This document shows positions 25,311 to 37,297 of a stretch of 64,000 nucleotides of DNA, one piece after another. The translations under genes were made by a program, and so were the position numbers. The notes under the pieces were generated by a model. That model did not search any database, had not been told where the DNA came from, and saw only the letters and a program-made list of their open reading frames with translations. Source of the stretch: an uncultured Methanosarcinaceae archaeon (lineage in GTDB: Archaea; Halobacteriota; Methanosarcinia; Methanosarcinales; Methanosarcinaceae); assembly GCA_963833425.1 (NCBI GenBank), contig CAWHXP010000012.1:32001-96000 (forward strand). Reading direction: 5' to 3'. Numbering within the stretch: the first letter of the stretch is position 1; each line of letters starts with the position of its first letter.

Positions 25311-25757
25311 TCAAAACCTAATTATAAATCCAGTCTTTATTCCCTTCTCAAATCCTACTCGCTCATAGAATCTCAGTACACTTTCTTCCTTTCTTCCGGT
25401 TAACAACACAACTTTATAACAGTCATTATTTTTTGCAACCTCCAAAGCTTTATGCAATATTGCGGTCCCATATCCTCTTTTTCTGTATTCTTTGTGAGTT
25501 ACCACATTTTCTATTAATCCAAATGGTCTTCCGCTTCGTGTTAAATTATCTATTATAACCAATGTGCTTGATGAGACTAATACCCCATCAACTTCCACCA
25601 CAAAATAATATCTATTTGGATCATTGAAAATTTTATCCCATAATTTGTTTATGTTATCCGATCCTTTCAAATTAGGATCATCAGGATTTAAATATTGATA
25701 TAGATCAAGTAATTCATTAAACTCTTCAAATTTTATTAACCTTACTTTATTATTTAT
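25311..25757 (-). CDS. GNAT acetyltransferase (probable start codon changed to ATA)
   Basis: NLTRSGRPFGLIENVVT..YRKRGYG..CYKVVLLTG..FYE; frame stays open upstream (NNKVRLIKFEEFNELLDLYQYLNPDD) up to an ATA behind GGAG. Confidence 0.8.
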   Translation of the reverse strand: MNNKVRLIKFEEFNELLDLYQYLNPDDPNLKGSDNINKLWDKIFNDPNRYYFVVEVDGVLVSSSTLVIIDNLTRSGRPFGLIENVVTHKEYRKRGYGTAILHKALEVAKNNDCYKVVLLTGRKEESVLRFYERVGFEKGIKTGFIIRF

Positions 25758-26782
25758 GATATCGTGCTCCAGACTGTTATTTTAACGACTTTGCTGTTTT
25801 CCAGTAAAATACTTCCCAGCAAATGTTGCTAGATTTTAACGTAAATATAGGGTCGCTGCCCAAGAAAATATCTGTCAAGAGTCATGTATCCAGTCATTTT
25901 GATTGAAACTTACGTACTTGAAGCACAAAATAGATATATAGTAACCATTTTAAATAGTGTACGTTTTACGTGTAAATTATGTTTTTTCAAAAATTAATTC
26001 CGGTTTTCCTTTAATAGTTTTTAGATTTATGGATGTTTCTATTGGCTTTAACATTTCTCTGATCTTTTAAGACCATATTACAGGTCATTGGAAGAATATA
26101 TGGTATTTTGGTGCATATTTGCAGAAATTGAGTTTTATTAATTGAAAGTAAATAATTGTGCAAAATATCACTATTAGGATATTTTCGGAAACCTAGACTG
26201 TATAGAATAAGGTTGTAATATTATTAGTTTGTTATTTAAGTTTAGGTATGTTTATATTACCTAAATGTTAAACTTTTAGAAACCAAAATGATTTTTACAG
26301 GCAGATAATATGAGAGTTTTAAAAATTATGTTGCCCACCAATAAAGAGTTGATGTTTATAAAGAAAAATCATAGACTTGTTCATTGCATGCAATTCTCTA
26401 TGAGATCTAATTTATGGTTCTCTGCAATGGGATAACTTAAAAAATTAATATATTTAAACAGGGAATTCTAAAGTGAAAATAGCAACTAGCTAACAGAGAA
26501 AGACTGAATCAAGAATTCGATATAAAATTAAAATGAACCCTTTTTTTGGAAAAACTCAGTGTTAGATTCGTGAAGATATTGTAAAGACTCAAAACATGAT
26601 CCATATTAAATTTTTGTTCGATTTCAAAATATTTTATGCAGAAGTAAATTTTACTCATAAACTATTTTTGTATAATTAATTTAAATAACTAATAGTGAAA
26701 ATAAATATTGTAGCCGAGAGCGAACAGATAATGAAAGAATAAAAAATGACCGCTATAGTGTGTGAGTATCTTGGGTAATTAT

Positions 26783-26870
26783 AGAAATTTCGATAAGCCT
26801 CCGATTTCAACGAATTTCGGATATTTACTTTGTAGACGACCAGCAAAAAATTAGGTCTATCGAAATCCTT
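26783..26870. mobile_element. MITE (~88 bp) with IS5-like ends
   Basis: AGAAATTTCGATAAGCCTC ... TAGGTCTATCGAAATCCTT. Confidence 0.7.
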
Positions 26871-27618
26871 TTTTTATAAACAAGATTGCTTGAATGGCGT
26901 CGTTCCATTTCATGGTACAAAGGTAGCTTAAACATAGATAATTTATTTAATAACAGTTCACAGGAAGTTTTCATCCACTATAAAAAGTTGCATGGTATTT
27001 TACCTTAAGGTCGAATACAGAAATTAGTGGAAAGATTTGGGCACGATTACCGGTAAGGTAAAAGATCAAAGATAAATAGGAATCTTCTAAATATTTCGTT
27101 TTTGTTAGCAATGGAAAGGGAGATGTTGAGTAAAAAGAGTTAAGAGTTTAGGACATTTAAGACTGTCAAGTTTACGTACATCTCATAAGATTAATATATT
27201 TTTCCGCATGAAGGACCATTTATGTAATTATCAGCCAATTTATATTTGTCCATTGTTTTCAAATATATTATTAATATTTGAATGAGAATTGAGACAGAGT
27301 GAACAGAATTCTTGTTAACTGCTATACTCACAACAGTATGAAAAATGTATTTGTGTACAAGTAATCATGGCCTTGATAACTTATATACTGTTTGAAGAAT
27401 CATCATTAGCATCAATAGATTTTTTTGACTTCAATTCCATTTTAGGACTACAATGAGACACATATAATAAAGAAAAAAATATCGACGCGTTTTCATCACT
27501 TATAATAAAATATGCAGCATCTTTTATGGAGGAATTCGGATTAGTAGAGCACTAAATTTGGATGAAAGTCCATTATTTTTTTAAAAACTAGAGAAAAACA
27601 GAAAAATTAAGATAAATA

Positions 27619-27707
27619 GATGATTTCGATAAACATCGAATTTTCACGAATTATTTTTACACCAGTTATGTGCATTTAAAAAAATTTAGTGATTTATCGG
27701 AATCCTC
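27619..27707. mobile_element. MITE (~89 bp) with IS5-like ends
   Basis: GATGATTTCGATAAACATC ... GTGATTTATCGGAATCCTC; left end is 17/19 identical to the reverse complement of the IS5 right TIR. Confidence 0.75.
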
Positions 27708-27879
27708 GATATTCAATTGACTTCAATAAATAAAAAACCCAGAAAATAATTATAATTTTCAGAATCAAAGGGAAAAATAAAGAAAAAATTGGAAATAAAA
27801 TTTAGGATGAAAAGATTGAACCTCATCCTAACTTTCTTATGCACTGAAATTTTTCGCTCAAATTTTCTTATTTTATGTT

Positions 27880-30807
27880 TTATTTTCTTTTGTACAAGAA
27901 TACAGCTAACAGGGCAGTTATACCAAAAATAATTCCAAATCCAGGCGCGGTGCCTGAATTTTTGTTATTCTCAGACTTTGGCTCACCATTTGCTGGTGTA
28001 TTTACAGTGCTCATATTTTGCTTTGCTGTCATCTTACCAGTTATTACAAAGGGAGATAATCCAGGTGTTTGCGCTGTGAAATAAAGATACTTGTCATCTT
28101 CTCCTGATTTGCTTGTTGGTAATGGATTCCATTCCTTGTCAGAGTACCTGTTGAGGGTGATGGATGACTGATCTATATTATTCTCATGTACCCATGATTT
28201 TTCAACCTTGAAACATAATACCGCATTTTCTAGATTCTTTGAAGTTGCAAATCCACTGTTTCCAACCCAAATATTTAAGTGTTTGTATACAGTATCAGAA
28301 GGCAGACCTGAAGCTTGTAGAGATTTTTCTTTCAGCATCTCGACTATGGTAGTCGTCTTGCCATTGGTCTTCTTCGAATCGAAGCTCACATATACAACAG
28401 AAGTATAGTTCTTTGGGAAATCAAATTTCACAGATTTTCCGCTTGTAATGAAAGCCTGTGAAATTTCTTTACCCACTACATTACTTTGAGGCTCATTGGA
28501 ACTGCTTAAACCTGCACTTTCAATACTACTCCCGCTATTAGAGCTGCTGCTACTGCTGCTACTGCTACTACTACTGCTACTACTGCTGCTACTACTGCTA
28601 TCACTAGAACTACTCTCAGTTGTAGGATTGGTGTTGTAATCAAGAACAGTTATTGTGGTAGCCTTCGAAATCGTGTTATTTTTATTGCTAACTATAAAGT
28701 TAAGGGTGTAGTTTCCTGCTTTGGAATAAGTGTGCTTTGGATTCTGCTCGGTTGAATTAGTTCCGTCTCCAAAATCCCAATTCTTCGATATTGCATTTTG
28801 TGAAAGATCTGTAAGCTGGACATCAAGTGGAGCATAACCATGTGTAGTACTGGCTCTGAAGTCTGCAGCAGAAACTACTACATTTACTAGTGGTAATCTA
28901 TCGACAACATTTACTTCTTTATCGTATATGACATCAGCAATTCCATCGCCGTCTGAATCAGGTGCAGTTTGGGAAAATCCGTCACCAGTAATGCGTGCCC
29001 AGAAGTTACCGCCAAGATATGGCCCATTTACAATGTTTTTGCCTTTAGTCTTTTCTATGTACCAGGTACATTTTGCATTTTTAGCGTCAGTATTCTCAGT
29101 ATTGTTGAGATAGTTATTATAAATCATGTTATTGATGCTTTTAGGACATAGGAAAACACCCTTTTCGTTCCAGATAATATGGTTGCCTGAAATATTGTTG
29201 CTTACAGCAGAGTTTAGGTCAATACCATCGAGAGCATTATAAGATACCGTATTATTTGAAAGAGAGTTATTGTCTGCAGAGTAGAGCCTAATCCCCATAT
29301 TATTATATGGAGCTACATTGCTGGAGAGTATGTTCCGTTTTGAGCTTTCCACGTGGATTCCGATGTTATTGCCTCGTGCTGTATTGCTATCAAGGTAACT
29401 ATTATTTGAATTCACTAAGTAAATCCCATCTCCGCTGTTTGAAATTACACTGTTGTTGACGAGCTTATTATAATTGCTAGTATTCGCAAGACGAATACCG
29501 TTGCCAGTACTGAAATCCACAATGTTATTTGATAGCGTATTATTGTAGCATCCTGAGCCTAGTAAGTAAATACCTTTACCATTTCCAGTTGCATGATTAT
29601 TAGATATCACGTTATTATTTGTTTCCACATAGATGCCATAAAATGAGTTTGAATTTGCAATATTGTTATCCACAAGATTATTTTTGCCACAATAATTAGT
29701 CAGATGAATACCAACGTCACACGAATTTGCATTATTACCTGAAATCGTGTTCCCACTATCTTCATATGTGAAGTAAAGGCCTTCTTTATTTCCATCTGCA
29801 TTGTTTTTAATAATCTTGTTTTTATGGGAATACCTCATAGCTATTCCGTAAAGATTGCTTGAAACTTTATTATTTTGTACAACGTTGCTTTCACAGGTGT
29901 TAAAGAAAATACCATGGTCTGCAGAACTAGCATTGTTATTTGAAATTATGTTCGATTTGGAATTTTGAAGGTTTATACCGTTGGTGTTAGTTCTGTTGAC
30001 CGCACTGTTTGACATTAACACATTGTTATTTGTTAAGTTGTTTTCATCTGACAATGTCAGATAAATCCCATCGTTTTTGTTTGATTTCAAAGTGTTTTCT
30101 GATAGGGTAACACCTTTTGCAGATTCAAGTAATATACCCGAGTTAGTGTTCTGACTTATGGAGTTTCCTGATATAGTACTTCCCTTAGAATTAGAGCCTT
30201 TAATATGAATCCCGTCATGTTGGTTTGAGATCGAATTTCCAGAAACCAGTGTATTGCCAGATTGTTCAATATCGATCCCAGTGCCAGTACCAAAAGTACT
30301 AGTTCTGTTGAAGTTGTTGTTGCGAACCACACTATCAGTAAAACTAGTTAGTCTCACTCCAAGTCCATCGTTTAAAAATATGTTATTTTCAACTGTGCAC
30401 TGTTTACCTTGAGATAGGTAAACTCCTGCCATATCATTTCTGGCTCCAGTAATAGTAAATCCTTTGATTGTTACATGAGTTTTGTATTTAATCGAAATCA
30501 CACCTTTAACTGTAGGACTTGCTGTATTGTCGGCAACAATTATGGTGTCTCCAGGGTTACTAGATGATGACATCAGTACTAAATTATTAAGATTATTAGC
30601 ATAATCTCTGCTTATGTCTATGTTCCCAGTATAAGTTCCGGGTTCTACAATGATTGTATCGTCTGATTTTGCACTGTCCACTGCAGCCTGTATTGAACCT
30701 CCTGGTTGGACGTGAATCTCAGCTGCTGTTCCGACACAGGAGCTTAGTGTAAATATTAAATAGGCCAGTAATAAAATTTTGATGATATTTATGTCTAATT
30801 CCTCCAT
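27880..30807 (-). CDS. Cell-surface protein: NosD/CASH parallel beta-helix, PKD, Ser-rich linker, PGF-pre-PGF, PGF-CTERM
   Basis: Signal peptide, SIQAAVD..G, many N-N..GI.L repeats, NIVNGPYLGGNFW, WDFGDG..NPKHTY, KHLNIWVG, terminal APGFG-hydrophobic-KRK. Confidence 0.93.
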   Translation of the reverse strand: MEELDINIIKILLLAYLIFTLSSCVGTAAEIHVQPGGSIQAAVDSAKSDDTIIVEPGTYTGNIDISRDYANNLNNLVLMSSSSNPGDTIIVADNTASPTVKGVISIKYKTHVTIKGFTITGARNDMAGVYLSQGKQCTVENNIFLNDGLGVRLTSFTDSVVRNNNFNRTSTFGTGTGIDIEQSGNTLVSGNSISNQHDGIHIKGSNSKGSTISGNSISQNTNSGILLESAKGVTLSENTLKSNKNDGIYLTLSDENNLTNNNVLMSNSAVNRTNTNGINLQNSKSNIISNNNASSADHGIFFNTCESNVVQNNKVSSNLYGIAMRYSHKNKIIKNNADGNKEGLYFTYEDSGNTISGNNANSCDVGIHLTNYCGKNNLVDNNIANSNSFYGIYVETNNNVISNNHATGNGKGIYLLGSGCYNNTLSNNIVDFSTGNGIRLANTSNYNKLVNNSVISNSGDGIYLVNSNNSYLDSNTARGNNIGIHVESSKRNILSSNVAPYNNMGIRLYSADNNSLSNNTVSYNALDGIDLNSAVSNNISGNHIIWNEKGVFLCPKSINNMIYNNYLNNTENTDAKNAKCTWYIEKTKGKNIVNGPYLGGNFWARITGDGFSQTAPDSDGDGIADVIYDKEVNVVDRLPLVNVVVSAADFRASTTHGYAPLDVQLTDLSQNAISKNWDFGDGTNSTEQNPKHTYSKAGNYTLNFIVSNKNNTISKATTITVLDYNTNPTTESSSSDSSSSSSSSSSSSSSSSSSSSNSGSSIESAGLSSSNEPQSNVVGKEISQAFITSGKSVKFDFPKNYTSVVYVSFDSKKTNGKTTTIVEMLKEKSLQASGLPSDTVYKHLNIWVGNSGFATSKNLENAVLCFKVEKSWVHENNIDQSSITLNRYSDKEWNPLPTSKSGEDDKYLYFTAQTPGLSPFVITGKMTAKQNMSTVNTPANGEPKSENNKNSGTAPGFGIIFGITALLAVFLYKRK
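28543..28600 (-). repeat. AGT/AGC trinucleotide tract encoding a poly-Ser linker
   Basis: (CTG/CTA)n on the plus strand, about 20 Ser codons. Confidence 0.9.
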
Positions 30808-31352
30808 GAAAGTAGAAAAATCGAGAATGATACTTCCTCTAATTAATTAGAAATTGATTGCAAGTATCATATAAACATATTGGTACAAGTTACTATATTT
30901 CCATATTTATTTATTTTGCGAGAAACTCCAAAATTGTAACTTGTTTAGTGAAATATTTTCATAAACAATTCAATAATTTATTGAGGATTGGAGCTCATCT
31001 CTTATTTATATCTTCATGAGAAAAAAATAAGAGATAAATTCTAATCCTCTATAGTTTTATGGCTTTCGTTCGAATAGATTTGATTAGAGTAGAATTGTTT
31101 AAAACGGAGGAAATTAGCGAGAAATGGCTTGATGATTAGTTTTTTGAGCATTTATAACAATGAATTGCCATTTATTGCATAGTTTTCACTTATTGAAAAA
31201 TAATCAAGTCTTTAGGGAATGAATAAATAGTGAAAAAAGACAAGGATTTTCTTTCGGAAGTAGATAGTCTTTTATGTACATATGGGAAAGTGGACCTAAA
31301 AACTTGATGTATTAATCTAGCCACTTAATATCTTAGCAAATATATAATAAAG

Positions 31353-31560
31353 GTTAATTATCACTCAGCTGAAGACTAAGTGGCTTCTTGGTTCATTCCA
31401 TTGTATCTTGAGACAAGTCCATAAGACGTCACCCTCATGCCACTGATATCAGATTCCAATTAATTTTTAATTAATGGTAAAAAATTTTTTGATGTTTATT
31501 GCAGCGTTAATGCCTATATCATGTTCTGCCTTACAGTCAGGACATTTCTATTCTCTACCA
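31353..31560 (-). mobile_element. tnpB: IS200/IS605 relic: TnpB C-terminus plus right end
   Basis: RE*KCPDCKAEHDIGINAAINIKKF..LIGI*, then GGACTTGTCTCAAG..GGAATGAACCAAGAAGCCACTTAGTCTTCAGCTGAGTGATAATTAAC. Confidence 0.8.
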
Positions 31561-31645
31561 TGTAATATCTCTCTATAATTTAAATGAGTCTGCCACTTAA
31601 TTTCCAGGGAAATAGTCACATCCCTCTTAGGTAATAGATATTACC

Positions 31646-32172
31646 CTATTTTTTTGAGGCTTCTGCGACACTTATTATTTTGTTTGATATATATCTAGAT
31701 TTAGCTTCTTTGATTACATTAACTGCTGCTTCGAGACCTTCCCAACCAATAATCATCACGTGTTTGTTCTCTAAATTTTTATAAGTTTCAAAGAAATGAG
31801 TAATTTCCTTCAACAAGTGTGGGGGTACCTGTTCAATTATTTCTATATAATTCCATACTGGATCACTCTTTGGAACACAGAGTATCTTTTCATCTCTTCC
31901 CGTATCATCTTCCATATCAAACAATGCGACAGGATATACATCAATTACACATCCTGGAAATGTAGGTTCCCATGTTAAAACAAGGGCATCTAAAGGATCA
32001 CCGTCAAGTACTATAGTATCTGGAAAAAAAAACCATAATCACAGGGATATACCATCGAAGAATAAAGCATTCTGTCAAATTTAATTACCGTTTCTTTTTT
32101 ATCATATTCGTATTTGTTTCGACTTCCTTTTGGAATTTCTATAATAACACTTTCAACTTGTCGTTCAGCCAT
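31646..32172 (-). pseudogene. ppa: Family I inorganic pyrophosphatase, one frameshift in a 9-nt homopolymer
   Basis: [31 protein letters not shown] / PDT..DGDPLDALV..DEKIL..HFFETYK; break at the A9 run 32024-32032. Confidence 0.88.
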
Positions 32173-33222
32173 ATAAATGCTCCCTGGTTATTTTTTATAT
32201 ATCAACCAGTTGTTTAGTAATAATTGCAACTATCATTTGTTGTTATGAGGTTCTGATGTTAAAACAGAATCCTAGGTGCTTAGTTTTTTATACTTAATTC
32301 GGTGCATAAAACAATAACTTGAAATTCCGAAAACATCAATAAATGGTGTTCTATTTTGATATCTCCGGGAATAAGCAAAGGTTATTCTAACTTTTTCATT
32401 GTAATTGTAGACTTCAACATCGATAGCCTCTTTTGTTTCATATCATTCCCACTTTTCAAGGATTATACTTACTAAATAATCTACAATCTAGAAATGCAAT
32501 TTTTAGAACTATTTTACAATAATGTAGGAATATAGCGGTGTACCTAAAGTACCAGAAGATGAATTTTAATTGACTTGTACATATTTTCTGCACTGCGAAA
32601 AAGCGGTATTTATCGTTTTCACTTATGCACAGGTTTTAAAACAAAAATTGTGTATTATTGCTGTTAGATGGCCCTGTTCTATTCTACATTGTAGTTTATT
32701 TTAGTTTTTGTTAAGATATAGCTTAAAAGTTTTTTCCAGAATGGCTGTTTTCCAAGTTAAAATGTTTTGTGTGAGGATATTATTTAATTTTTAAAAGTTT
32801 GGCAACTAAAAGCAAAGTGAAAAATATATTAATAAATGTATAAAATTATTTTTTTAGTTTGAAAGTTAATTCGTAGAAGAAAGTATCATTCATTTGCGTT
32901 TAATAACTTTTTTAGGCACTAATATCTGAGCAAACATCTAGAAGCAAAAAACGAACTAAGCTAAAGTGATAAAATAAGTAGAAAGCATACAATTATAACA
33001 GCTTTAAGATCACATCACTGGTGCATTTATGCTAGCGAATATCGCAGATGCGTTGACGGAAATCACAAACTTTGGTTATTCAACGAACAAGTGCGAAATC
33101 AGGCCAGCAAAATGAAACAATAAAAGTGCATGACAAAGCAATTGTAATTAATCCCTTGAATCCAAATACTTGGATCTATAAAAATAAACCCGATTCGTGG
33201 ATTGAATAATTACTTAATTTTC

Positions 33223-34221
33223 GGCTCTGTAGAAATGCTCTAAATTGAACTTTTACACCAGTATTATAACTATTCAGTTATAATATTCTTTTTATTTTTT
33301 TCGCTAAAAATGAAGGAACATTCAATATTGAAGTTTAAAAGTACATTAAATTTGTTGATACTAGTCTTGAAACTGTTCAATCTTCGAGACTGAAGCTTTA
33401 TTCCTGCAAGTATTCAAAACACGTTTATACTCAGCATCAGCTTCTTTCACTGGTTTTATTGAAAGAGTATATTAGTACAGACTATCGAGATTTTGTAGAA
33501 CTTATTGACCTTATGAGCGATATAAAAGAAAAACTTGCTCTTGAAAAGATTCCACATTTCACTACCCTTCAAAAGTTTGTAACTAGGATTCCTTCCTCTC
33601 TGTTTAACCTTCTTCTGTCAAGGATTCTAAAGCTGTTTTACTCATATGGAGAAAATGTTTCTGTTGCAGCGATTGATGCAACAGGATTTACGAGTTCATA
33701 TGCGAGTTATTATTATTCCAGAAGAACAGGGAAGCTTCGAAGAAGCTTCCTGAGAACTTCAATGTCAGTGGACACAAGTAAAAAGATAATATTGGGATGG
33801 AAAATTAGTCAAAAAACAGACCATGAAATCAAACATGCAAATGCTCTGATAAGGCAATCAAATAAGATGAGAAAGTCTGATTGTTATGTAATGGATAAAG
33901 GATACGATTCAGAAAAAATACATTCTATAATTAGAGAAGAAATCAAAGCAGATTCAATTATACCTGTAAGAGAGAGAAAAAGGGAGAAAATAATAGGAAA
34001 ATATAGAAACAATTGAACCTGGTCTTTGGCAAAATTAAATATAATCAAAGAAATATAGTGGAGACAATATTTTCTGTAGTTAAAAGAAAATAAGGAGAAA
34101 CACTAAGGGCAAGGAAATTCCGTTATCAAATGAAAGAGATTAAAATTAAATTAATAATATACAACATAGATAAAAAAGTTATAGAAGTAATTGGCATCAA
34201 ATTAAGGATTTCTACAGAGCC
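33223..34221 (+). mobile_element. IS5-family element (different group from the 660/37298 pair), transposase disrupted
   Basis: TIRs GGCTCTGTAGAAAT / ATTTCTACAGAGCC; flanks TAATTTTC / TAATTTTA; IDATG, MDKGYDSE, YNQRNIVETIFS motifs; frameshift and stop near the 3' end. Confidence 0.9.
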
Positions 34222-34249
34222 TAATTTTAATTTATTCTTATTCTTCAGA

Positions 34250-34970
34250 GATTAATTTAGCAAGGTTTTTGCTTTCCATCGCACCATATATTTCGACTGA
34301 AAAATGAGAAAATGCATAGTTTTTATCACAAAACCTGTGCATTGAATCAGCTTAAAGTTATAGTTCATCATGCATTAACTGAATTTCATTAAACATTTTT
34401 AATTTGAGTAGAGCATCGTTTTCTTTTTTTCACGGCTTTTGAATTCATCGTAGTTATATAAATTGATAGCTATACGCATTTAATGCTTAATCATATATGG
34501 CCAAATGTTCTAAATCTTCTGCTTTATATCTCTACATTCGTATCTAACGGATCTATTTTGAGTACTTCATTCTGGGTTTTTAAGTCAATTCATATTTACA
34601 TTTGAGTGAACAATACCGTTGCTATCAGAGCTTGAATCATCAGCAAGTTAATTCACGTTTAATATTTACTACCAGAGCCACTCATTTCCTTTTATTTAAT
34701 AGGGGAAGTAAACAGTACAGGATTGGTCAAAATAAAATTAAATTGTGACTCGTGGTTCGAGTCCTATTATTTAAATCTGAGAGATCATTTTTGGCTTTCA
34801 AGGTTTCTTCATCCTGGGGGTTAATTCGATTGCTTTTTTAAATGCTATTATTGTTTCTTTCTTCTTGTTTAAATTCTTAAGAGTCGACCCTTTATAGCTC
34901 CAGGTCATGGATTCTGTGGATCAATTTCAATTGTTTTGTCAAAGGCTTTTATTGCTTCATCGAATTCCTG
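34250..34970 (-). pseudogene. TPR-repeat protein relic
   Basis: Minus-strand fragments EFDEAIKAFDKTIEIDP, IIAFKKAIELTP; heavily degraded. Confidence 0.45.
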
Positions 34971-35873
34971 CAGATGCTGCTGCTAGAGCATAAGGAAGTT
35001 CCAATGCAACATTCTCACCAATTCGTTGTTGTATCTCATGGTCAATTTGGAAGGTATCGCCATCTTAAAACACAGTTTTTGATTTATTATGAATAATATT
35101 AGTGAATCTTCTATTTAATATTTCTGTAGTTTATTTATGCATGAAATATGAGTTTATGCTAGTTTTAATCAAAAATGAGCCCTTTTAGGCCTTTTGAGAC
35201 GCTTTTTGGGTCCATAAGAGTGAACTTATGGGGCAATCAACAAAATCCAATGTAAGGGCTAATATTTAGAGCCTATCAGATGGGTTTTATAGCCTAGCCT
35301 AACTTTTCGATGAAAAGATTTAGTTTGAATGGATCGTCAGTTGCCATATATATATATTATAATTTTTACATCATGTCATTAGTGACCTTTGGATAGGCTC
35401 TTGGTCAAATATGGACGATTGTGGGCGATTTGCAGCATTTTCCTGAGCTTGGTAAGGTTAATCTCTATTCAGCGCAATCAAAAAAACTCGCTGTGGGGCT
35501 GAGAATCAGTCGTTTTTTGATCAATCGGAAAGCAATGTTTTACTGCCAAATTTTCTGTTTCTATCGTTTTGACTCGTGGATGGGTTACAAAATAAAACAC
35601 ATGTACTTTCTATGTTGACTTTGTTTTGTTATTTTTTTACAAGAGTGCACTATACACTAACAAACGGGAACCTAGAGTAAAACGCATATAAGCCTATTTT
35701 TAAACCGATTAGTTTTTTTTAAGCCTTAACTGCTGATATAATATAAATCTGGGATATATACCTTATATCCGATATGTTACAACACCCAGGATTGGATTGA
35801 TGAATATTTCCCATAAGATGGAAGAATCTTCGATTTTTTCTGATTGAGAACATTGGTAAAAGAGTTGAAATAC

Positions 35874-36852
35874 GTGATCAATAATCACAAATTATATTAT
35901 ATAGCCGTAGTTTCAACAGCATTGATTTTCATGCTGGTAAGTACCGCAGGTGCGATACAGTATGCGTATATCTCAAACAGCCTAGACAACACCGTTTCTG
36001 TCATTGACATAACTATAAACAAAATTACAGTCTGCGTGCCCGTAGAAAACGATTCTTGTGGAGTTGTAGTCATCCCAGATGGAGCAAATGTATATGTGAC
36101 TAATTATTATGGCAACAATGTTTCTGTAATTAACACAACCACAAACACTGATACAGCCACGGTGCCTGTAGGCTCCTACACTGTAGGAGTTGCAGTCAAC
36201 CCAGACAGAACAAAAGTGTATGTTACGAACTTATTATTGAATAGTACTGTCTCTGCAATTAACACAACAAGTAACAGTGTTGCAGACACGGTGAATTTAG
36301 GACTATATCCTTATGGAGTTACAGTCACTCCTGATGGAACGAAAGTATATGCGACAAATTATTTGTGTAACACTGTTTCTGTAATTAACACATCCACAAA
36401 CTCCATTACAACCGTTTTGTCTGTAGGAAACTATCCTATAGCATTCGGGCAGTTTATAGGACCTATACTATCAACTCCTACAATTACCTGGGGTAACCCT
36501 GCAAGTATAATATATGGAACACCATTAAGCAACGTTCAGCTGGATGCATCTGCTTCCGTACCTGGAACCTATGTTTACACTCCACCTGCAGAATAGTATT
36601 AGGCGCAGGTATGTATACATTAAATGCTTCTTTCACACCAACTGACACTACAAACTATATTACAGCAGTAGCAAGTGTTTTAGTAAACGTGACAACAGAA
36701 ACTCCTATAATAATCTGGAATAGACCTGCTAGCGTAACATACGGAACAGCACTAGGCAATACTCAGTTAGATGTAGCTGTTTCAGTACCTTGAACAGTTA
36801 TATACACTCCACCATTAGAAACCGTGCTGAATGCAGGTCAGCAGCAGCATTG
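35874..36852 (+). pseudogene. YVTN beta-propeller surface protein with Ig-like C-terminal repeats, disrupted
   Basis: Signal peptide; YAYISN, VYVTN x2, VYATN repeats; TPTITWGNPASIIYGTPL..QLDA..SVPG repeated twice; stops at 36596 and 36793. Confidence 0.85.
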
Positions 36853-37297
36853 ATGCAATTGAATGGTTTAAGCAATCAGTAATATCAGGAGAGATTATTT
36901 GAAAAACCAAGAAACTTACCGGCTCGGTATTGATTTTGTGTGATCAGATATCTTTGTTAAGTATAATTATAAATTATAATTTATAATAATGAAAATTTTT
37001 ATTATTTAAGCTTACGGATTTATTTTCAGGAAACTAAATTTTATAATATTTGTAAATGTTTGAGTATATAACTAATATGAACATGTTTAAAATAATATGG
37101 CTTTCTTTTTAAAAAATTATTGTAATAAATATATTTATTAGGGTAAATTTAAGCAAATAAGTACAAAAAAAATCTTAAATCAATATAAAATATTTTAACT
37201 TATTATTAATATCCCCTAAGTATAATGTCAAAAAGGGGGTAAATACATATGTTTTATAGCAAAAGCTATGCAGATTTCCTGAGCCTTAAAAACTTAA

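Noticed and set aside
35150..35700. Compositionally distinct non-coding stretch (similar patch at 18190-18420) as a mobile-element end
   Set aside because: No paired terminal repeats or transposase motifs could be identified
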